A DNA stretch of 50,038 nt from assembly GCA_041483635.1 (NCBI GenBank), contig JBGPGA010000003.1, positions 1 through 50,038 of the forward strand, in the 5' to 3' direction. Within the stretch, counting starts at the first letter, position 1. Every line of letters begins with the position of its first letter. Source of the DNA: Thermoplasmata archaeon (GTDB lineage Archaea; Thermoplasmatota; Thermoplasmata; RBG-16-68-12). Made by a program: the position numbers and the translations under genes. Under the pieces are notes generated by a model. It did not search any database. It had not been told where the DNA came from and worked only from the letters and a program-made list of their open reading frames with translations. Positions 9,214-17,720 of this stretch are shown here, piece by piece.

Positions 9214-9618
9214 ATGGAACTCCCCGAAGAACTCCAGGCGCTCCAGCGCTTCCACGGGCACCTCGGCATCTACGTGACCCTGGGCCTGCGGATGGGGACC
9301 ATCGGGAAGCGGACCCTAGGGGCGTACAAGGGGCTCCGCGCGACCGTCCGGACCGTCCCCAAGCCGCCCATGATGTGCGTCGTCGACGGGGTGCAGTTCG
9401 CGAGCGCGTGCACGATGGGGAAGGGCAACATCTCGATCGAACCGGCCAGCGAACCCGGGGTGACGTTCGACAAGGAGGGCCGGCGGATCACGATCTCCCT
9501 GAAACCCGGGCTGCGGGAGACGATCGACAGGGAGATGTCCCACGAGACGGAGCTCGAACGCTCCATCCATTACTATCAGGTCCCCGAGGACGACCTCTTC
9601 GACGTGCGCTCCGAGTGA
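9214..9618 (+). CDS. FmdE-family protein (formylmethanofuran dehydrogenase subunit E-like)
   Basis: FHGHLG...GLRMG and CVVDGVQFASACTMGKGN. Confidence 0.88.
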   Translation: MELPEELQALQRFHGHLGIYVTLGLRMGTIGKRTLGAYKGLRATVRTVPKPPMMCVVDGVQFASACTMGKGNISIEPASEPGVTFDKEGRRITISLKPGLRETIDREMSHETELERSIHYYQVPEDDLFDVRSE

Positions 9619-9623
9619 GGCGC

Positions 9624-12600
9624 CTACCAGCCCGCCACGATCCAAGATGTCGCCGTGGCGACTCGCACCCAGTAGCCGACTCCCGCCACGATCGGCGTCG
9701 CGTTGCCGAGGACCTTCGTGTGGTACGCGTCGTTCGGATCGAAGCCCACGACGAGGTCCGCCCCCGTCGCGGCCTTCAGAGACCCGACCGTCACGTTCCC
9801 CAGGAACCCGGGAAGAGCGACGAGGTTCCATCCGGCACAGAGCCGGACCTGCACTTGGGCCCGTGCGATGCCGAGGACCAAGAGGTTCCCCGCCGCGGTC
9901 GCGTTGAACCAGAATCCGCGGCCGGCGGGCAGATCGACGGTCGAGGCGCTCCCACTGCTCGTGTTCGACCACCCGTACGTCCCGGAGCAGGCGTCGTACG
10001 TCCAGGCCTCGGCCCAGGGCAGGCTGCCGGCCGTCGAGGCCAGAGAACGTGTCCCGGGATCGACCGACATGCCCATGAGGTTCTGGCCTGGGACGACCAC
10101 GAGCCAGGTCTTCGCGGCGATCGCGGGGCTCATCAGCGAGTGGTTCGCCGCGTCGATCGTCTCGATCCGATAGAACCCGTTGCCGGGATCGCCCGCGCCG
10201 CGTCCCGGGTCCACGAACGAATAGGTGAGCGAGCCCGTGGCGGTCAAGTTGCCGCTCACCAGGGCGTAGGACCCCGCCGCGCTCGAGGCCCGCCAGACGC
10301 GGTAGCGCGCGGTGCCCCCGTACAGGCTGTCGTCCCATGCCTTCCCCCATGTCAGCTGGAGGTCTGCGTTTGCGTTCGTCAGGGTGAGGAAGGACAGTAC
10401 GGCGGGCGCCGGTGGGACGACATCGGGCCCGGTGAAGAGGACGGCGAAGCATGTCGTGTTGAAGGGCCCCCAGTTGCCCGCCGCGTCCTCTGCGTGGACC
10501 CAGGCGCACGTGTTGCCAGGGGCGACGGCGAATCCGCCCGAGAAGGTGAGGTTCTCCACGGCGCGATCGAACCTCCCGTCCGTTGCATCGAGGGGCACCC
10601 CCGTCCCGTTCGCGGCCGTGGGCGGCCCCGCAGACCAGAACAGCTCGGCTGCGGCGATCGGGCTGTCTCCCGACCTCGTGTCGTCCGCGGTCGCGTTCAT
10701 CCGGGTGAGGGCGCCGGCCCCGGGCGGGGATGGACTGAAGCGCACGCCCCCCGCGCGGACGACGGGCCCGAGCGTGTCCCCTCCCGTCCGGTTGATCGCG
10801 AAGGTCCGGTTGCTGATCGATTCGCCGGTGAGGCTCGGCGTCCCGTTGTCGGCCGCCCGGATGCGGATCCGGTACGCGTCCCCGTTCTGAATCCCCGCGA
10901 GGTTCCAGACGATCGCCCGCGTGGTGCCCGCGACGGTCGCGAGCGGGACCCATGTCTGCCCGTCGTCGGGGCTGAACGAGAGCGCAAAGGGAGCGAGGCC
11001 GATGGACGGACCGTAGGCCGCCGCGGTCCAGTTGATCGTGACGGACGAGCCGGAGAACACGCCTCCCGAGGGCAGGACGAGGGCGACCGCGGGATGGTCG
11101 CGGTCGAGCGCGCCCGTCGAGATGCCCACGAGCCACCGGAGGGCGTTGTCGAGGATCGCCCCGCGCGTGGCGCTCCCGGGCCGCAGGTCCGTCGCGTTCG
11201 TGTCGACGCTCGTGATCTCGAAGGCGAAGTACGCGAGCCGGGACGGCGTACCGCCCCAGGTCCCGACGCCAGCGGTCCCGTTTCTCCCGGAGGACACCCA
11301 CCAAAGGCCGATCGGCGCGTTCCCCGCGCACCCGCTCGCGCCGCCGTCCCGCCACCCCGTGCTCACATTGCCGCCGACCCCGTACGTCGCGAGTTCGTCG
11401 TCCGCGCCCCCCGTCCGGTGGGGCGTGTAGCCGACGCCGGTCGTGTACGCGCCGCTGACCGGGTCGCCCGAGACCCCGACGACCTGGGTGATCGCAAAGG
11501 GATCGCAGGCGAAGCCGGCCTTCAGGACTCCCCGGAGCCAGGCGGCGTTCGTTGCGTTGTACCAGGGCGAGGTGACGCTCCCGAGGGACCACGTCGTGTC
11601 GTGGGAGACGACGAGGAGACGGCCGCCCCCGTCCAGGTACGCTTTGACGAGGGCTTGGGCGCTCGTGTTGAAGGTCGGATACTCCTCGAGACCCACCTGC
11701 CAGACGACCTCGCTCCGACCCTGGAGCACGGAGAGCGGCGGGAGGCCGAGGTCCGCGATGTGCCACGTCGACCACGTCCATCCCGCCTGGCCGAGCGCGG
11801 CCGCGTAGGAGGCCTCCCGCTCGACGGGGAACGTGTCGTCCCCGATGACGAGCAGGACGTCTCCCCACGGCGGCGTGCGGAAGGCATAGTGTCGACCCCC
11901 GTTCGTATCCCAGGTCACGTGCCCGAGCTGGTCCTTCGACAGGACGTCGTATTCGTAGAGCGTGTCCGCCTGGAGCCCCTTCAGGACGAGCGCGTGGGAG
12001 GTCCGCACGAGCGTCTCGTTGGCCATGCGGGTCAGGCTGCCGGGCGAGGGCCCGAAGACGACCTTGGAGTCGGCGGGGAGGTCCGTGGCCCACTGGATCT
12101 CCGCGGAGGTCGAGTCGATCTGGTCCGCGGTGACGCCCGAGATGGCGGGGGACGTGCTCCGCACGGTCGCCGTGGCGATCGCATTGTGCGCCGGCGACGG
12201 ATCCGCGTAGGTCACCGTGATCGTGTCCCCGTTCCGGACCTCGAGGACGCCATCCGCCGCAGGCTGTCCGAAGGCGGTCGGGATCGAGCCGGTCCACGGG
12301 CTTCCCGCCGCGGCCTGCGTCAGCGTGACGCTCTCGCCGGCGGGCTCGAGGCCCGAGGTGACGAGCGCGGAGACCGCGGTCGCGTTCGCGTCCTCGACGC
12401 GGATGTGGACCGTGTCCGCCTCCGAGTAGCTCGCCCTGTCGAGGGTGACCCGCCCGTAGCCCGGATCGAGGCCGCCCGTGGCGACGAGGGCGAAGGGCTG
12501 GGGCCCGACGGGCACGTTCGCGCCGATCACGGTGACGGTCCAGTCCCCTGACGCGGGAGACTTCAGGAGGACCGCCTCCTGCGTGTTCGCCGTGTCGAAG

Positions 12601-14903
12601 GCGCCGCCGGGGAGGGACTGGCCCCGCGCGAACGGGCCGAAGTTGTTCCCGCGGTACACAGTCCCGTTCGGCGCCGTGACCTGGAGGTCCAGGTCGTTCA
12701 CGAGGGCCTTCGACGCGCCGAGGGTGCCCGGGTAGTCCGTCCAGGTGAGGACGAACCGGGCCGTGGGAGCCCCCGGGACCACGTGGAACCGGTACGTCAT
12801 CGCCTGCCCCGTAACGAGGCCCGCGCTGTTGTCGACGACCTCGGTGTCGAACGCGTCTCCGGGGAGCGGGAGGATCTTGGAGAGGAGGATGCGGCCGAAT
12901 CCCTGCTGGTTGTTCGGCCACGTCGCGGCCGACGCGCCCACGCCGGTGAGCTGCTGTCCCGAGGCGAGGAGCATCGCCCGCATCAGGGCCGCACTCGGGT
13001 CGAAGGCATCCGAGGGGAGAGGGGCTCGAGACGGGTACCAGCCTTGGCTGAAGTATTGCCGCACGATCGCCGCGGCGGCGGCCGCGGCCGGTGTTGAGTA
13101 GCTCGTGCCTGCCCACGCATGGTCAGAAGGCTGGGCAGACAAGGGACACGTCGAGATGTTCGGGCAGTCGTAGGGGCTGCCGCTCGACGTCGCGGAGAAG
13201 CCGTCGGCCGTGGCGACGAGGTCGGGCTTCAGCCGACCGTCCTGCGTAGGACCGCGGCTGCTGAACGAGGCCACGTCATTCTGGTTCCCTGCGTTCGTGG
13301 GGCTCGCGCATTGGGCGTACGCCCCGTCCGGGTTGCACGCGCCACCCACGGTAACGATATCCTTCGCGATCCCCGGCGTGTCGATGCCGGCCGCGGCGGT
13401 TCCCGCGTTCCCGGCGGCGAAGAAGATCGTGAAGTCCGGGTGGGCCCAGACGAACGCGTCGACCATCCGGGCTTGAACGTCGTACGCCGTCCCGGTAGAG
13501 CCCCAGCTGTTGCTTTGGATGCGGACAGGCGCGAGGGGATCGTTGTAGCCGAGGCCCGCGGGCCCGAAGAGGTCCGCGTAGTCCTGCGGCACGTAGAGGA
13601 GGCTCTCGCCGCCGTTCGAGCACGTCTTCCCCGCGGCGACTCCTCCGATGTCCTCGAAGTAGATCGCCGCGTTCAGGGCGTTCCCGTTGTTCAGGTCGCT
13701 CGTAATCCCGTAGGCGTTCCCCGCCAGGGTGGAGGCCACGGCCGAGCCGTGTCCGTCGGCCGCCCCGTCGTACAAACAGTCCATCGCGGAATATGGATCC
13801 CAGGGTCCGCCCCCGCCCGGCCAGGTGAGCTGTCCGGTCAGGACGCCCATGTCCAGGTACCGCACGACCTTCCGGCGCGCGGGGTCCGTCACGTTGTAGA
13901 GGTCGCCCCCCGCCCGGACGATCTGGGAGACGCTCTGCCGGAACTGGGCGTTGTCGTAGTCGACCCCGGTGTCCGCGATCCCGATGACCTGGCCCGTGCC
14001 GTTCAGGTTCGCGTTCCAATACCGGTAGCTCCCGGAGACGTTTGTCTGGAGCACCCAATCCGTCGCGAGGTTCTGCGTGTGGATTGGCAGGACCGGGTCG
14101 ACATACTGGACCTCGGACAGGGACGCGATCCCGGGGATCAGGGAGGCGGGCACCCGGGCGCGGACCCACTGGAAGTCTCCCCGTCCGAAGGCGCCCGTGA
14201 TCCCCGCTGCCGCGGGATCAGCGGCGCGGGCCGGGACGCCCTGCCGTGCGAGCCACGCGATGACCGCGTTCGGGGGCTCTCCAGGCAGCGTCACGATCCG
14301 CACGTCCTGCACCCCGGTGGCCGAGGCGAGCGACACCGGCATCTTCCAGGCCGGCTCGTAGGATCCCGTCCAGTCCACATACGGGAGGGATTCGAGATCC
14401 GAGAATGCGGTCGGCGGCCCGCGGACGACGAGGGCGTCGTTCGGCACGTAGAGGAGGATATTCAGGCCCCGCTCCTCGAGCGTGGTCTGCCAGGATTCCT
14501 TGATCGGCGCGTAGAAGTGAACGAGTCCGACGGCCTCCCCGCTCCCGTCCGTCGGCCATAAGCCCGCACCGGGGTCCGCGAGGGTCCGCACGTCGACGTC
14601 CCCGTTCACGAGATGGAGGAAAGGGGCCGCCGGCATCGCATATGCGTACCGACCCCACGAGGCAAGGAGGTCGAGCGCCGAGGACGGTCCGCGAGCCACG
14701 GAGAACGCGCCGTAGCCTTCGAGGAGCTGACCCCCCGCGGCCTTGATTTCCTGGGCCGACGCATCCGTGCGGAGGGTGACCATGTCCCCCGAACCCGGCG
14801 CCGACCTGGGCGCCCCCGGACTCGGGATGGACGGCGGGACCTGCAGGACAAGGAGGAATGCGAGGAGGAGGACCGCCGCGATGCGCCACCAGCGAAGGGC
14901 CGT
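9624..14903 (-). CDS. Large secreted S8 (subtilisin-like) serine protease with Ig/FN3-like and C-terminal beta repeat domains
   Basis: Catalytic motifs IADTG, HGSAVA, FAAGN and GTSYSTP; FSSRGPTQDGRLKPD; LVNDLDL pre-peptidase C-domain; an in-frame signal peptide lies upstream of ATG 14783, so the start is uncertain (ACG 14903 or ATG 14783). Confidence 0.9.
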   Translation of the reverse strand, partial: TALRWWRIAAVLLLAFLLVLQVPPSIPSPGAPRSAPGSGDMVTLRTDASAQEIKAAGGQLLEGYGAFSVARGPSSALDLLASWGRYAYAMPAAPFLHLVNGDVDVRTLADPGAGLWPTDGSGEAVGLVHFYAPIKESWQTTLEERGLNILLYVPNDALVVRGPPTAFSDLESLPYVDWTGSYEPAWKMPVSLASATGVQDVRIVTLPGEPPNAVIAWLARQGVPARAADPAAAGITGAFGRGDFQWVRARVPASLIPGIASLSEVQYVDPVLPIHTQNLATDWVLQTNVSGSYRYWNANLNGTGQVIGIADTGVDYDNAQFRQSVSQIVRAGGDLYNVTDPARRKVVRYLDMGVLTGQLTWPGGGGPWDPYSAMDCLYDGAADGHGSAVASTLAGNAYGITSDLNNGNALNAAIYFEDIGGVAAGKTCSNGGESLLYVPQDYADLFGPAGLGYNDPLAPVRIQSNSWGSTGTAYDVQARMVDAFVWAHPDFTIFFAAGNAGTAAAGIDTPGIAKDIVTVGGACNPDGAYAQCASPTNAGNQNDVASFSSRGPTQDGRLKPDLVATADGFSATSSGSPYDCPNISTCPLSAQPSDHAWAGTSYSTPAAAAAAAIVRQYFSQGWYPSRAPLPSDAFDPSAALMRAMLLASGQQLTGVGASAATWPNNQQGFGRILLSKILPLPGDAFDTEVVDNSAGLVTGQAMTYRFHVVPGAPTARFVLTWTDYPGTLGASKALVNDLDLQVTAPNGTVYRGNNFGPFARGQSLPGGAFDTANTQEAVLLKSPASGDWTVTVIGANVPVGPQPFALVATGGLDPGYGRVTLDRASYSEADTVHIRVEDANATAVSALVTSGLEPAGESVTLTQAAAGSPWTGSIPTAFGQPAADGVLEVRNGDTITVTYADPSPAHNAIATATVRSTSPAISGVTADQIDSTSAEIQWATDLPADSKVVFGPSPGSLTRMANETLVRTSHALVLKGLQADTLYEYDVLSKDQLGHVTWDTNGGRHYAFRTPPWGDVLLVIGDDTFPVEREASYAAALGQAGWTWSTWHIADLGLPPLSVLQGRSEVVWQVGLEEYPTFNTSAQALVKAYLDGGGRLLVVSHDTTWSLGSVTSPWYNATNAAWLRGVLKAGFACDPFAITQVVGVSGDPVSGAYTTGVGYTPHRTGGADDELATYGVGGNVSTGWRDGGASGCAGNAPIGLWWVSSGRNGTAGVGTWGGTPSRLAYFAFEITSVDTNATDLRPGSATRGAILDNALRWLVGISTGALDRDHPAVALVLPSGGVFSGSSVTINWTAAAYGPSIGLAPFALSFSPDDGQTWVPLATVAGTTRAIVWNLAGIQNGDAYRIRIRAADNGTPSLTGESISNRTFAINRTGGDTLGPVVRAGGVRFSPSPPGAGALTRMNATADDTRSGDSPIAAAELFWSAGPPTAANGTGVPLDATDGRFDRAVENLTFSGGFAVAPGNTCAWVHAEDAAGNWGPFNTTCFAVLFTGPDVVPPAPAVLSFLTLTNANADLQLTWGKAWDDSLYGGTARYRVWRASSAAGSYALVSGNLTATGSLTYSFVDPGRGAGDPGNGFYRIETIDAANHSLMSPAIAAKTWLVVVPGQNLMGMSVDPGTRSLASTAGSLPWAEAWTYDACSGTYGWSNTSSGSASTVDLPAGRGFWFNATAAGNLLVLGIARAQVQVRLCAGWNLVALPGFLGNVTVGSLKAATGADLVVGFDPNDAYHTKVLGNATPIVAGVGYWVRVATATSWIVAGW

Positions 14904-15030
14904 GCTGCCGTTCCTCCTCGGAGGACCGCAGGCCGGATGGAAGCCTCGGTTCCGGGGAGGTAAGATGCGGGGCTCGCCACATTAGGCTTTTGGCCCGAAT
15001 CAGGGCACGCCCCACGGCCGGGCGAAGCGG

Positions 15031-15756
15031 CTATTCTGCGATGATGCGCGTGGCCTGCAGGATTCCGTTCTGGAAGATGAGCGTGTAGTAGTTCGGCGAG
15101 TGGTTCGTGCCACGCATCTTCACGCACCGGATGCGGCGCTGGATGTTCGCGTCATCGACGCGTTCCATCTTGAGATGGATGATCGCGTCGCTCAGGAACT
15201 CCTCGCCGTTCTTCCCGAAGTCCTCGCTTCCTGGTTTCATCTCCGAGATCAGGATCGTCGTGGCCTTGAGGTCTCTCAGCCACTCGAAGAGCTGGAACAG
15301 GTCTTCCCGCGGGTTCTCGAACCGCGCCATGACCTCGAGGACGGGCAGGGAGTCGACGACGAGGAGGTCGTAGTTCAGGGATCGCTTGAGGTTCGAGGCG
15401 TACATCTTGAAGATGTCGATCCAGGTCCGCTGCGCCATGCCATCCAGGTTCCTCCGGATCATCCCGAGGTCGACGATGCTCACCTTGTTCTCGACGTCCA
15501 GCGGGCTGAGGGCCATGCTGTTCAGGTGCCGGGTGAGGCTGTCCCTCCCTTGTTCCAGGGAGATGTAGGTCCCCGTGCGGCCTTCGCGCAGCGCGTTCTG
15601 GTAGAGGATGTTGAAGGCGATCGTGGACTTCATCGTCCCCGGTTCTCCCGCCAGGAGGACGACGCTTCCGGGAGGAATCCCTCCGCTGAGCTTCTCATCA
15701 AAACCGTGGATGAAGGTGCGGATGCGATCCTCTTGGCCCATCGTGGGGCGTTCCAT
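15031..15756 (-). CDS. KaiC/RAD55-family RecA-like ATPase
   Basis: GGIPPGSVVLLAGEPGTMKST, YISLEQ, VVDSL and RRIRCVKMRGTNH; the start may be 15741. Confidence 0.9.
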   Translation of the reverse strand: MERPTMGQEDRIRTFIHGFDEKLSGGIPPGSVVLLAGEPGTMKSTIAFNILYQNALREGRTGTYISLEQGRDSLTRHLNSMALSPLDVENKVSIVDLGMIRRNLDGMAQRTWIDIFKMYASNLKRSLNYDLLVVDSLPVLEVMARFENPREDLFQLFEWLRDLKATTILISEMKPGSEDFGKNGEEFLSDAIIHLKMERVDDANIQRRIRCVKMRGTNHSPNYYTLIFQNGILQATRIIAE

Positions 15757-15995
15757 CTGAAGGACGGACTATAGCCGTTCCGAGACGGTTATCAGGGGCG
15801 ATAGCCGCGCATGACCCATCCCTTCGAAAAATAAGGGGGAGTGATTGGGAAGGTGACGGGTGCAGCACGAGCCCTGACCATATGAGACTTCTTGAACTCG
15901 GTCTGTTAGCAGCCCTTCCTCTGGAAACGGGGGTGAAACGTTTATTTGTTATCCGGTCTGTTACCAGGGCCGCGGGGGAACCCTTCTTCTTGTTC

Positions 15996-16574
15996 GTGCC
16001 TGAGAAGAACCTCAAGGACCTCATCATCTCGTACATCCGCGACCAGGAGCGGTCCATCAGCGCGCTCACGAAGCAGCTCGAGACGGACGGCTACAGCTTC
16101 CACCGTCTCTTTGTGACCGGATATCTGAAGGCCCTCGCGGACGTGGGCATGCTTAGGGAGAAGGAGATCCCTCCCGCCAAGGTGTACACCGCGTCCGCGC
16201 ACCGGGAGTCGAATCTGTATGAGCTCGTGGGCGAGCGCTGCCGGGAGGCGGTCTCGGACGAGCCCGCCCGGAGCCGGCTGGCCGTCGCGACCCTCCAGCG
16301 TCTCTTCCGCCGCCCCGTCTTCCTGCGGGAGCTGCGCGAGTGCGGCTTCTCCGGGGCCGTGGACGCTCCCGCCGTCGGCAAGGAGGAGAGGGAGGAGGCG
16401 CGGCGCGCTCTCGCGAAGCTCGGCCTCCAGATCCCGACGAACGAGCCCGCCTACCGCGTCGAGGAGAGGCGGAACGACGTGCGGGACGCGATCCTGTGCG
16501 ACATCATCGTCGAGCGGTTCGGCCTCACGCCCCTCGTGCTCGACACCAAGCAGATGAAGCTCATGGAACGCTGA
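15996..16574 (+). CDS. Conserved hypothetical protein with an N-terminal winged-helix-like domain
   Basis: GTG start; SISALTKQLE..GYSFHRLFVTGYLKALADVGMLREKEIPPAKVY has a wHTH pattern. Confidence 0.7.
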   Translation: MPEKNLKDLIISYIRDQERSISALTKQLETDGYSFHRLFVTGYLKALADVGMLREKEIPPAKVYTASAHRESNLYELVGERCREAVSDEPARSRLAVATLQRLFRRPVFLRELRECGFSGAVDAPAVGKEEREEARRALAKLGLQIPTNEPAYRVEERRNDVRDAILCDIIVERFGLTPLVLDTKQMKLMER

Positions 16575-16581
16575 GAGAGGA

Positions 16582-16892
16582 GCTAGGCCATCGAGGTGGA
16601 CGCTCAGCTCTGACGCTGGTGGATCCGGATACCTCCTCGGCCCTGCGACCCCACGAGCGTTGGTAGTCCGCGGTTAGGCTGCTCACTTCCGTGCCTGACC
16701 CGTTCCCCACGGTCAGGATAAGGGACGCAACTCTCCAGCTGCGTTCCCTACCGCCTCCAGCCCCGCGGGACAGAGCCTCAACGTCGGTACCCGGACCAGC
16801 GCCAGACTGGGAGCGCCGCCCCCGACTGTCACCGCCCCATGAGGACGATTTGGGTCTAAAAGGAGACGCCCGGCCTCCCGGTCAAGCCTAGC
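16582..16892 (-). ncRNA. ffs: Archaeal signal recognition particle (7S) RNA
   Basis: Minus strand contains the helix 8 motif GGTCAGGCACGGAAGTGAGCAGCC (16677-16700); 5' GCTAGGC pairs with 3' GCCTAGC; ~310 nt; TTAAATA box about 22 nt upstream. Confidence 0.93.
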
Positions 16893-16913
16893 AGGAATCC
16901 CAACCGGGCCATC

Positions 16914-17225
16914 CTATTTAACGATTCTCGGACGCTCCTCGGTCGGCCCCGGCGGGGCCGCTGGAGCGGGGGTCGTTGTCGCCGTTTCGAGCGCAGCAGC
17001 GCGTGCCTTCTGGAATCGGCCGAACGTCGAGAGGAGCATGAGCCCGCCGAGGAAGAAGACGCCCGCGGAACACACGAGGCGCCACGATTCGAGATTCTGG
17101 CCGAACACACCTGTCGCACTCAGGTCCGCGGTGAAGTAGAAGACGACCGCGGTCACGATGATCCACAGGCCGATGACCATGGGCATCCAGACGCCGAGGA
17201 TGCTACGGACCCGTTCGCGGTTCAT
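16914..17225 (-). CDS. Hypothetical 2-TM membrane protein
   Basis: MNRERVRSILGVW...; two hydrophobic helices; overlaps the nac stop (ATGA). Confidence 0.7.
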   Translation of the reverse strand: MNRERVRSILGVWMPMVIGLWIIVTAVVFYFTADLSATGVFGQNLESWRLVCSAGVFFLGGLMLLSTFGRFQKARAAALETATTTPAPAAPPGPTEERPRIVK

Positions 17226-17596
17226 CGGCTCATCAGTCGGATGATCGCTTCCGCGGGCTCGCCGCCGCACTCCTCGAGGGCCTTGCGCGCTTCCTCCGCG
17301 GAGACGCCTGCCTTCTCGGCGACGAGTGTGACGTCCTCGTCCGGGATCGCCGAGGGTTGGCTCGGCTCCGCCTTCTTCACGTCGGCACGGTCGCGGACGA
17401 GCGGCTCGCCGATCACCTGCCAGATCTTCTGGCCTTGTGCCGTAATCGCGGTTACCGCGGCGTTGCGGATCACGTACTCCTTGTCCGACGTGCGGATAAT
17501 GACCTCTTCGACCCCGTCGAGCTCCTCCTGCTCGATGCCCATGCGTTTCATCGCCTGACGCATCTGCTTGGGGTTCACGCGCCCGCCCGGAATCAT
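17222..17596 (-). CDS. nac: Nascent polypeptide-associated complex protein
   Basis: MIPGGRVNPKQMRQAMKRMGI..VEEVIIR and a C-terminal UBA-like EDVTLVAEKAGVSAEEARKALEECGGEPAEAI. Confidence 0.93.
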   Translation of the reverse strand: MIPGGRVNPKQMRQAMKRMGIEQEELDGVEEVIIRTSDKEYVIRNAAVTAITAQGQKIWQVIGEPLVRDRADVKKAEPSQPSAIPDEDVTLVAEKAGVSAEEARKALEECGGEPAEAIIRLMSR

Positions 17597-17689
17597 GAGG
17601 TCACCACCGTTGGCATGGTCGGGTTCCGGATAAAGGTTCTCCGGTCGCGATCCGAATTTCGGGTGCCATCCGAGCTCTCGTTTCGCACG

Positions 17690-17697
17690 TTTAAATA
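17690..17697 (+). promoter_or_regulatory. TATA box for a probably leaderless ABCE1 transcript
   Basis: TTTAAATA about 24 nt upstream of TTG 17721. Confidence 0.6.
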
Positions 17698-17720
17698 CGC
17701 CGGCCCGCATCGACTTCTCG

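Noticed and set aside
9214-9618. FmdE, Hdr and Mvh as evidence of methanogenesis
   Set aside because: FmdE is stand-alone and widespread; there are no mcr, mtr or fwd catalytic genes in the window
9316-13116. Very long alternative ORFs (1266 aa, 1058 aa) and many similar Arg/Gly/Pro-rich ORFs across the window
   Set aside because: Shadow frames of real high-GC genes, with no motifs and biased composition
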